This document shows, piece by piece, positions 23,001 to 35,000 of a stretch of DNA of 64,000 nucleotides. Numbering within the stretch: position 1 is the stretch's first letter; every line of letters starts with the position of its first letter. This DNA comes from Takakia lepidozioides (lineage: Eukaryota > Plantae > Bryophyta): positions 57,226,001 through 57,290,000 of the forward strand of contig CM060734.1 in assembly GCA_030704615.1 (NCBI GenBank). The letters run 5' to 3'. The notes beneath the pieces were generated by a model. It was not told the DNA's origin. It made no database searches and saw only the letters and a program-made list of their open reading frames with translations. Position numbers and translations under genes: made by a program.

Positions 23001-26000
23001 CAAAAGGGACAGAACCTACCTCTGTCAGGGGCTGATGTTGGTAGTAAGACTTACCTCCATATAAAGAATTAATCCGGGTTTTCCAGATATCCTCTAGAAA
23101 TCCCTTCACACAAGCATCAATCTGCTGTGTGTGATTTGCCCAAAAACTAGGCCTCAGGAGGGCCTGGGCTTTTGGCTCAGCCTCGAGACTTTCAAAGTTG
23201 GTAAACAGGGGTACAGGCACAATTCCCTTAATAGATTTGAAGAGAGCGTCTCTTTGGTGAGAGAACCCCGGACAGTGTATCAGAAAATGAATACTGTCTT
23301 CAGATTGCCCACACAACGGGCAATTGCACTCTCCCTTTCCTCTCTGCTTCTGTTTGCTGTTCAAAGGTAGGCTTCCTGCCCTGAGTTTAAATTTCAGTCT
23401 AGTGCCGAGAGTGGGTAGACCCTTGAGGTCATCCAAGATGTCCTCCCCCATGTCACAGACTGGAAACAAGTTCAGGGAAGTTTTCTGCCTAACTTCATTT
23501 TCATCAGACAATCTCATGGCAACAGACATGGCTGATGACAGGATGGATGATGTGTCCTTTAAAACTACATGCTCTAGCTTAGGCTTGGATTTCATGGCTA
23601 ATGGTACCATCTTGAGACTTGATAACAGGGGTACGTTGAAGGTTGCAATGACCAAAAGTGCTTCTAATAGAGTCCCGCATCAATTCAATCTCAAAGAAGT
23701 TCGTCCCTTGACTGGCTGGAGAGCGGTCTTAGACATTGGTGATTCAATGGGGCGCTCTAGGAAGACAACCAAGGGCAACAACTTCAACTTGAGAGTTTCT
23801 AATCGGTTTGATGCTCTGGATGAGGTTGAATCCAAACAGCCAGAAGGACACGATGCCCCTAAGTGTACGAAACCTGAACGTCCTGAATCTGAAGGATTTG
23901 GTACTCTGAATGGTTTACCAATCCTCAAGGTTTACACAAGACGAACAAATTCTATACACGGGGTAATTGTCCCCAAGCCGTCAGATGGACAATCTGTCCC
24001 TAAGTGTGCAGAGCCTGAACGTCGTGTAACTGAAGGATTTGGTACTCTAAATGGTTTACCAATCCTCAAAGTCTACACAAGACGAGCAAAATCTATACAC
24101 GGGGTAATTGTCCCCAAGCAGTCTGACGGACAATCTGCCCCTATGTGTGCGGAGCCTGTGCGTCGTGTAACTGAAAGATTTGGTACCCTGAATGGTTTAC
24201 CAATTCTCAAAGTTTACACAAGACGAGCAAAATCTACACATGGGGTAACTGTCCCCCCTTTGCAGAACGGTTGGCCGTCCAGGAGCAATCACAAGCTACC
24301 TAGACGACAAACAATTCACACGCAAAGGGCTGGCTTGCGGCTGGCCACTTTCAACTTCTCAGGGTTGACCAACGAAAGGAAACAACTTGAAGTGGGACAA
24401 GTTCTTCGGACTAATGATATTCATATCTGTGCTGGGCAAGAAACATGGGAAACGTCGGATAAACTGGTTGGAGATGTCATTGGTTATAAATGGGCAGGTA
24501 AGATGTGTACTCTCAAGGCAGCCTCTGCCAAACGCGGTCAAAAAGGGGTCGGATTCTTTGTCCGTGATTTCTTGTTTGACAATTGTGAAATTATCAACAA
24601 GGGTTTGAGGTACGAGCATAGTATCTGGTTAAAACTGAATTTGAAGGGCGGCATGAGTACAAAGGACCTCTTTGTTGGTTGTGTTTACATGCCCACAGAG
24701 GGGACCCTTAGTGCTGACGCAGACAAGGCCTTCGAAGATGTAAAGCTGGACTGTGCTTCGTTCCTTGCCAAAGGTCAAGTGGTACTATTGGGGGACTTCA
24801 ATGCCCGGGTGGGCAATCAGGACGATATCATTGGACCTTTTGGTGAGGATGAGCTGAATTCTAATGGCAGACGGTTAATTAACTGTCTAGAAGAGCTTCA
24901 GCTTTTGACCTTGAATAACAGGACAAGAGGTGACCAAGTGCAGTGGACTCGTGAGAAACCCCAAACTGGGAACGTTCCATTGTGGACTATATCATAATGG
25001 ACAAAATTTTGTTCCCCCAGTGTGCCAATGTGTTGATCGACAGAACTGATATTGGTACCTCTGACCACTTCCTGGTTTGGACTGAGATCAAAAGGTGTTT
25101 TCCCACCACCAAGAGATCTGTGAAACGTTCGATTCGGAAGTGGCGCATAGAAAAATTCCACAATGAGGAGGTCAAGGCTGAGTACGTCCAGGCCTTGCAA
25201 GAGGCTCTCCCTCATTTTGTCCAATCGCTCCAAGAACTTCAGTCACGCTCTGTTAACGCAAGAAATGAAGTCGAAAGAGCAGTGGACTCTTGGGAGAGTT
25301 TCGTTTCCTCCGTGGCTGACAAGATCATTGGGAGGAAACTAATTGTCTGCGGTGGAGCAGTTAATTGGTGGACTAATGAGATTAAACTCAAGATAGCTGA
25401 GAGACGAGCCCTCTATAAAGAGTGCTGCAATTTGGAAACCAACAGAGAATTGTGGGCGAGGTACTACCAGCTCCGTAAAGATATCAATCAGCTTGTTAGG
25501 TCTCAGAAGAAATTATACTGGGACAAGTTATACAGTGAAATAAACTTAAACCACCATGGTGGTAATGACAGGAAATTCTGGTTGGCCCTTCAACATTTGT
25601 ACAAGCCGAAAAACGGTCAGCAAGTACAAGCGCTGAAGACTACTACAGGTGCAGTGGTGACTTCATCGGTTGACATTGTCAAAACCTTTGAAACTCACTA
25701 CAGTATCCTTGGCAGAACTTCTAGGTCTAACAGTGAGGGGTCTTCTGCTGAATGGAGGGACACAGTTGGAAAAACTGTTCCTATGATTCAAAACAGCCCT
25801 GATGAACTGGAGTATATTTCAATGGCTTATAATGCTCCCATTAGTTCTTCTGAGATTGTGGAAGCAATTGAACATTTAAATGGATATAAAGCTGGTGGAC
25901 CTGATGGTATTGTCAACGAGCTTATCAAGCACGGTGGCGATCCCATGATAGAGGCCCTAGTTCTCCTCTTTAACCTTATCTGGAAGACTGAAATGATCCC

Positions 26001-29000
26001 CTTTCGCTGGCGACAGGGGGTCATTGTCAATCTATACAAGAAGGGTGACAGAGAAGAACCGGGGAACTACCGTGGCATCACGCTCCTCAATGCTGTTGGC
26101 AAGACATTCTGCAGAGTTATAAGTACTCGTCTCGAGGTTGATCTGGAGTCTAGAGGTTGTTTCCACGAAGGCCAAGCTGGCTTTCGGCGAAACAGGGGCT
26201 GTGTGGATCATATCTTCACTCTAAGCCAGATTATCCAGGGAAGGAAAAAAGAAGGGAAACCCACTTATGTCTTTTTCCTGGATGTCAAAAAGGCTTATGA
26301 CACAGTGTGGAGAGATGGCCTATGGTTCCGCCTCTGGTCTTTTGGGATCAAGGGAAAGATGTGGAGAGTTGTCCACAACTTGTATGCTCACACCAAAAGC
26401 TGTGTCACTGTTAACGGACAGAAGTCCAACTTCTTTGACATAGACCAAGGTGTAGCTCAAGGATGTACTCTCTCCCCTCTGCTCTTCAATGTTTTCATCA
26501 ATCAACTCCTCGAGGATGTGGAAAGTGAGGGATTTGGGTTAAGGGTGGGTGATACCACCATACCAGCCCTTATGTTTGCGGATGACTTCGCAGGCATAGG
26601 GGAGACTCCAACCAGGAGTTGATTGATTGCGCGAAGAGATACTTTGATCTTTGGGGGCTAGAGGCTAATGTCAGCAAATGTGCAGTGGTAGCATTCAACG
26701 ACAGAGGAGAGGGAGGAAGTGATCTTAAGTGGCAGTGGGGTAGCCAAGAGATCCCGGTCCTACCTTCCTACACTTACCTGGGCGTTGAGTTCTCCTCCAA
26801 TTGTAATTGGGATGCACATATCCGGAAAGTTGTTCAAACTGGCAAGGGCAAAGCTCTGGGGCTCACTAAATTTTTCCACTGCAGAGGGGTCAACTCTGAG
26901 GTTAAGAAAACCATGCTTTGTCGCGTTATTAGACCTGCCTTGGAGTACGGATCTGCTATATGGGTTGATAACTCCAACCAGGCTAAGTCTCTAGAATCCA
27001 TTCAAGTGGGGGTGCTTAAGGAGTGTATGTCAGCATGCTCCAAAACAGCCAATGTGGCTGTTCGGGGTGAGTTTGGCATTCCGTCCTTAAGCTCCCGACG
27101 AGATGAAGTCAAGGTCAGATGGTGGGGTCAGCTGCAACATATGCCCAACACCAGATATCCTAAGGTAATCGACTCTATATCTTGGAAACAGGACCGCCCT
27201 GTCAAACAGGCTAAGTCCTGGCAGAAGAGAGTAGAAGAGATCCTCAAGGACCTGGACCTGGATCCGCAAGTCTTTGACCCTGCTGGATAAATCTGACTTA
27301 GAGGCTGTAGTGTCCTCAGCTCAGGTGAGAGACTTAACCTAGTGGACATGCGCTGATGCCTTATCTAGAACAGAAGATAGGGAAATGAAATGGTGCTTTA
27401 TAACGTCCGCGGAAAGCTCATAGAGCTTATGGGACAAAATGGAAGAAAACCTGAGAGGAAACAAAACCAGAGCAAAAATAAAAACTATTGAAAGTTTGCA
27501 AAAGAGGTATCCATGAGAATATCAGAAAGAAACATACTTTGCAGTGTGACATGGCCACCATACAATGACAACACATATAAGAAACCTCTGCTTTTATTTG
27601 CTCCTAAGTAATGGAATTTGCTGAATATTGATAAAACTGCTGGCACCTGTGGAATGACATTATTTGCATTGGATATGGCCACCATCACCACTGATATATA
27701 GATAAGGCCCATTCGGGACACCATTCCTGGAGTAGTGTTGTACTTGATCTGCCATGGAGCCACACAATGCATTAAAAATAGGGGTCTACAGGATGGATGA
27801 CAAACGTCAAATCCCCACTTTGAAACCTAGCTATGTGGCGTTTTGTTTGTTCCCATGAAGTCAGGCGCAATTTTAAGTTTTTGCATGATTCAGTGGACAA
27901 CAGCACAATAGCAGCACTTCACAGATCACTTGAATATGTTAAGCTAATGAGCCTAGGAAGATTGACCCTACAGTAGACACCCTTCCTGAAATAAGGTTTG
28001 ATATGCTATCTGTGTGTGCCTTAGCTAAGAGTGAGATGCACACCTTTTGGGGTGCCAGAGGGTCAAAGGAGTGAGATGATTGAAACAAGATTCCTCTTCT
28101 CCTTAAGGATATCACAAAGAAAAGAAATACCCACCTGCCAGAAAGTGCTCCCCAGAATCAAACCAAGTGTGGCGACCACTCTGATTCGACCAAAACTGCA
28201 ACCAACAAGGCGTGCACACAATCCGTGTAGTAGGATATACAAACCACATCCACTGATCAGCTCAGAGAATAAACTTCTAACCTAAGGACCCAGGAGGGAA
28301 GGCTTGGGTATTTCAGAGTTGTCAATCAGAAACTCGTATGTGCATGAATCAGAAGGTTCATATCCTTAGGGGAATAAATTGTAAGCCATATACATCACTT
28401 CAAATTAGGGATTAGGCATGAGCTCAGATAACAGTTGAGGCAAGATCGTTTTGCTAGCTGAAGCAATTAAGTTTTAATCTAGCCAAGTGAAAAGGGCTTG
28501 ACCTGTATGAAGTATTCCGCCAATAGGTTTTGAATTGGCGCATAATAACAACTCGAAACATGAGGGGCCATGTAGCAGCATATCCTCGCATCAGTGGTTC
28601 TTTCCCTAACATCCCTCTGCCAAACTTGAAGGAATCCAGTTGCTCCACTGCACCAAATAGACAAAGGCATGCTGATTGCAGTCAATTAATTGTTTCAGGT
28701 CGAGAGAATGCATGGGCTTGGGATATGGTGAGCCATATGATGGGTAACTGTCAAACTACGGTCCTTTCCGAAGATGAACAGAAATGAAATGGTGCTTTGT
28801 AACGTCCGCGGAAAGCTCATAGAGCTTATGGGATAAAATGGAAGAGAAAACATGAGAGAGGAAACAAAACCAGAACCCAAGAATGAGAACTAATGTTCTA
28901 GTGATTGTCTAAGGGTGAAGACCTCGTGCAGGTAAGCTGCCAAGCATTTCTGATCCTCATAATGGAAGACCTCAGTGAGAGATTGGGTTCCACTGAATAA

Positions 29001-32000
29001 ACAGTGGAATCTCCCACGGATCTCGTAGTATAGAGGGCAGTAGAAGAAGTGTTTTCCCTGCTCCAGGGTAAAATAATTTCAGTCGTCCTTGGTCAAAAGG
29101 GGGAATGAAAGTTTGTATTCTGGAAATTAACATTCAAAGACAGATATTCACCAAAATGTGTGGCAAGGTGCAAAGTGGAGCATTTCACAAGCATGACACC
29201 AACACTTCCAAAGAACATCAATTTTGTGGGGCGCTTCGCCACTGAAGTACAGACGAAATACAATTCTCGTAAGCTATTCAGCACCAAGCATAGATGAACT
29301 CACATGAAAGTAACATATACTCCTGTTTTCACTCACGTAATTGTGATTCTGTGGCAGTACGCCTCCAACAGTGATACATTACCTCTTGAGAGGCTTCTCA
29401 CCTTCAGGAGCTCTGTGTCTTGACAGTCTAGCTAGAAATAGGTAGCCACAGACCACGCGACAAGGGTAGTTGCTTTCTGCAGGTCCAATTGTGTATGGCA
29501 GAACTACTCGTGTGCATAAGGTAAGTGCGAAAGACTTGAAAAATTCCATAACCTTGACATCAGAACAGACAGGTTGAGAACTGGACATACGGTTTTCCTG
29601 GTTAAGAGCACTTGTTTGATAATCCATTGCAAAGTCACGTAAAGCATGATGTCCAATCCCAGCTCCAATTATCTCCAGCATGTATGATGCTGGGTTCTGA
29701 TGTGCTGGACATTCCAATACTCCAGGAAGCGAATGGAAGTATTCCTGAAACAGCCATACTAGCATTATTCGGAGCCCCCATTGTCTTACATATACTGCCG
29801 GTTGGATGAAAACTCTGACAGTAACATCACCAACAGATACGACTTACAAAAATGTGCAGATGAGTAGTAGGGTTCAAGTGTGGTTTCCCAAGCATGAGAA
29901 ATGTTTTGCATAAATGTTGCACGGGAGTGAGCTCCCTACAATAGACTGTCTCAGGCGTACCAAAAGGTCTTGTGCATCTTGTCCAGTAGGTCCAAAATAT
30001 GCAATTTCTCCCCCACGCTTCAAGAGCAAGAGGTGATCAAAACACATAAACAGGCGTCGGCTAGGTTGATGTATGGTGCAGATGATGCTACGCCCTGATC
30101 CGACTATATTAGAGATACCCCGCATCACAATATCCGCAGCTAGGCTGTCCAGCCCACTTGTTGGCTCATCAAGAAACAATATACTCGGGTTCGACACCTG
30201 CAAACCTGAGGACCAGTTACTTTGGAGTGCGAATTGGTCAGACAGACTTCAATGGACTTTGTAGTCCAGTAGTATTACCAACCATCCCAAGATGTCAGAC
30301 ATATATGTATCGGACACTCTGAAAGCATTGACACCCAACAAAGACAACTAAATCATCTCTTGTAGTTGGAAATCTACATACAAGTTCAACGCCGATGGTG
30401 AGACGCTTTGCTTCCTCCTCTGAGAGTCCACCATCTCCAATGTTACCCACCAGTTTGTTGCGAATGTTGTTCAACTCCAGCACAACCAGGACCTGAGCTG
30501 TTTCAAGTTAAAGGTTAATGGATCGTAAGCTAACTTAGAATGAAGAGGCCCTTTTATGAAGCTAGGGGATATGTAATCTTGACCAGAATAAGATGCACTA
30601 CAAGTCATTGATAACATCTCTGGAGAAGGGGTGTTGTGTCAAACAATTTACTGCATTGAAATGTAACCTAAATTGGTTCTGTATCCTGTGCCTGCCTATA
30701 CCTCTTCGATGAATTTTTCCCGACAAGCAGAAGTAGTGTCTCTTGGAAGGCGAAGAGCACAACTAAACTCCAGAGACTCCTTGACCGTGATGAAATGAGT
30801 ATGAATGTTGTTCTGCTCCACATATCTGTCAACAAGAGGAAAAATACCATTCTTACACACACTGAGCCACGTACTCACTTCCAACTGCTAGTGGCACAGT
30901 AATATCATTCATATGTGCTATTAAATTTGACACTTGGCTCTTACAGGAAGCCAGTATAGTAGGCTGAAGCTAGACATTTAGTTTATCACAGTGGAATCCT
31001 CTGACATAAGCATCCAGACCATTCCATCCAACTGACGCAAAGCTGATGTTGAATATCAGGAGTAATGTCACAGAAATTTCCAACACCCAATCTCGCCCCC
31101 AACTCACCCGGATATATGAGCAAATGTCTCTTGTACTTTAGGGTACCCATTGACAAGAATGTCACCAGTCATTCTGCCTATGGTTTTGCGGCCAGCAAGA
31201 ACATCAAGCAGGGTTGTCTTCCCAGCACCACTGCTCCCCATGAGGGCAGTCATAGTCTTTGGCTTTGAAAACCCTGAGACATTGGAAAGCAACTTCCGTG
31301 GATCTTTGCATCCCGGTATATCCACCTGGCGAATGAAACCAAGAAATCAGGTACAGCTGTTCAATTCCAAACGGCTTTACAAATATATCATATGATCTTC
31401 AATAAATTCTCAGTCAACTGAATCGATTCTTTAGAAACCCTGTAACTCCTGTAGCACTTTTAAGGTCTCTTAAAGACATCCAGGCAGAGCATTTTATACA
31501 GCAGATCGACCTAGTTTACACAAGTGGCAACTCCTCTGGATGTTCAAACCTGCATGTTTGCACGGATTGTCCTGGTTTTGGTGTACATGCTGGTGGTTTC
31601 TAGTCATCTCCAGACCAGTGTTGGTTACCAAAACCCTCAATTGAGATCTGTTACAGCAGCATATTCGCCACGACATACATACAGCCAGTCGATACAGCCA
31701 ACAACTTACCAGGTGGCTGAACTACTTGTTCGCCATGCAGAAACAGTTGAAGTGGTTGCCGGGTCAGAATCCATATGGCCATAAACTCCTTCCCTATTAA
31801 TCCAAGCTCTCCTTTAAAAATTGAGACAGCATGTAGTGCAACTTCAAGTGATTCGTGATCACAGGCTCGGGCGGCCAGTCATCAAAGAAGTATTTAGATT
31901 TGCCTGTTATTGAAAGAACCATTACCTCATAAGTCAGCTGGTGGAAGGATAAAATCATGGGCTTGAACCTAATTGCGGATATTTTATTCACAGCAACAGA

Positions 32001-35000
32001 AGCACGAGCCCCTGCTGTATGTCGCACCATATCTTGATAGTATACTTCTTTAGCCGCAAGGGACCCTCTAATAGATTTCACCTCTGGAACCTTGGCTGTC
32101 AGTTGGGGAGTAGACTTTGAAGAAGGTTGCAACTGGGCAGGAGGATGCTTCACCTGGCACAGATCAATACCAAACCAATCCCCGTGGCACGAACAAGGGG
32201 CAAGGGTGAGAGGAATAAGGAACCAGATAAAAAACTGGCTCACACTCCATGAGAAATACCAGACAATTGATGAGTAGTATTTGTGCCACAGACTCATGTA
32301 AAGAACAACATGTGCACAGCATGGAGGTAGTTTTGAATTCATTAGTTCACCTAGCAATGTAGAAGTACATTAATCCTGATAAGTGTATGCCACATTTCAA
32401 TGTCCTAGTGATAACTGTAGAGCTAGATAACTGCAAATCATACCTCATCATGGCGTATGTTGACGATAGTGAAGAAACAGAGCAAAGTCAGCAAAGAGTA
32501 GTAGCAGCAAAGGACAGTGAGAGGAACCCAGACACCACGAAAGAATGTGGTGGGAAACTGGTAGAGATCCAGGTATGCTTGTCCAATTCTCATTTGTCCT
32601 TTGCCAATGCAATAACTAATGCTGTCACTGCAAGCCTGCATAGATACAACAGCTTGTCAAATCAGGCCAGAGCCCTATATATCCAAATACATGGAAGGTG
32701 ATGTGACTCCTCCAATGCTTCTGGAAAGGAAACTTCTTAGTCCTCTTTGCAATTGTCAATTCTTGAATTCAAATTGTACTGCTTCCATTCTTCTCCTCAT
32801 AATCAGGGATTTGACAGGTCTGCACTTCAGGTCAGAAGAGCCTTGACAGACTACTAACTAAGGGAGGAAGAGGCTGACAATCATCTTGGCAAAGGCAAGA
32901 GAGATGGGAATGGTTTGTGTCTTTTCATTGAAGCGATGCCTTGCTGGTCAAGAAAGAGGGTTAGGATTGATAAGGCTGCATGTGGACTATGGGTTGGCAA
33001 ATCTTCTCTCCAAAAGATGTTTGGAAGTTTCACGTCAGCAGACTTTTGTACAGATTCTGGATGTCATTGGTGCTGAGTGTACCACTAGTCTTGTACATTC
33101 AAGCAAAGTACGGCAACTCATCAAGCCCTTGAGAAGGAACATCATGATACAATATTATACGGTTCGTTGTCTGACACTATTTTCCTTCTTTCAAGTTTGT
33201 ATTGTTGGTTGCGTTCACTTACTTGGTCATATCTACCAGAGAGGAACTCATTGCAAATTAGTGCTGTAACACCCCACTGAAGAGGGCTAATATAATAGAC
33301 CCAGAGCCACCAACCAGGCACCTTGTTTCTACTGACCAAAAAACCAGAAAATAACAAAAAGAAGAGGATGAATAGACCTGCAGTGGGTACAAGAAGTAGT
33401 CAGGACTCAAAACGTTATGTTAGACTTGTGCTGTGGTTCATCCCCTTTTCTCCATTCCCTACTACATACTGAAGTTCTCTAACCCTCTTCTCTATATATA
33501 CAGACACAAAAGCCAAAATATATGGCACCCACATCACAAAAATATATACACACACAAGGTTTACTACCACCCATATTTTCTCTGGACTTGACTGCTATTT
33601 TTGGATGGTGAGTATGGGAAGAGGGCGAAGATTTCTCTTTAAGAGGGTCAGATAAATAAAGCACAACTGATTCGAGTCTAGGTTCACAGAATCCAACTTG
33701 CTAGGGCATTTGCTGCTTCTTTTGTATGGCAAAATGAAACCATAGCTCGCACGAATGCTGCAAAAGTGAGTGCCTCAACAAAGAGCACTAGTAGATATAA
33801 AATATAATGGGCTCCATTGTGGGCAGGGCTTAGCCCTGTTAGCCAGTATACAAGTGGAGTATATACGGCCATCTGCATTTCACCAAGGTAAACTGTTCAG
33901 CAAAGCACAACCACCTTAGGCCAAACTTTCTCCCATTCTTTAGCATTGGCTTTTGATGAAGAAAGATAAAGCAATGGCACAACTGGAACATAATGAATGA
34001 AAGACAACATGTGTCAAATGTTGTGCCACGGTACGCATCTCCACAGATTCTGGGAGAGCCAAAACAAGGAGCTTGCAAGGAGCAGCTCTGTAGCTGCCTG
34101 TACCAAATCCCATACCAATACACTCAGACAAACAGTTAAATCCCCACTACCCTTTTCATATCCTCTTCCCACACCATGGTCATGAAATACGTGTAGAACA
34201 GTGTTGCACAAAAACCTCCCGGATGTATTATGTACGTCTGAAGTAGCCACTTTGCTACACATACTTCAACTGTGATATAGCTTTGTTGCAGTCTGCACGT
34301 GCATGACTGCAATATTTACAAGTTTCCATACCTCTATCAAAGTGTAGGGGAGCTGGCTGAGAGTGCAGGCAACCACAAAGGAACTGGGCCTAAAGAATCT
34401 TGCAGCATAATGCTTCTCAAACACCTACATGACAAAGTATTGGCAGTTATGCTCTGTCCTTTGGAAGAACACACAAAATGGCAGAACACACAACAGGAAA
34501 ACACATGCATATGATTGGAATGGTGGACTAGAATGGAAGTTTGTCTCCTCCAATTTTAATTTACTCCCAGTAACACAACCAGAAAAGAGTGTTTTGGCAG
34601 CTCAATCAGACTATTTTCTGCAATGAAGCACACTGTCAGTTCACAATCCAGGAAAGCAAGCAAAGCATCTAATAAAAATGAACTTCCAATTCAGCCAATT
34701 TGAAATCTGCCAGAGCTTAACCTTCCGCTCATCTAGTTGTATAGGTATCTGTGGCACAGTGTTCAATGATAGGGTCACGGTTGCAAGGAAAGTAAGAGAC
34801 TTCCGTAAATCCATATCAGAGCGATGATGAGTATCTGGCATTTGGTAAAATAGAGTCCCAGTGAATGTTCCTAAGATTGCAAGCTGCACATCCACTTACT
34901 GGATCAGATCACAGAAAAACTTGTCTAAATAATGTGCATTGGCTTCATGGCAACATTGTAACTACAGCAGTCAGAACTAGCAGATTTTGTGCCAAAAGGA

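Noticed and set aside
23324-23655. Overlapping long ORFs on both strands suggesting bidirectional coding
   Set aside because: Read-through across the LINE inversion junction near 23535.
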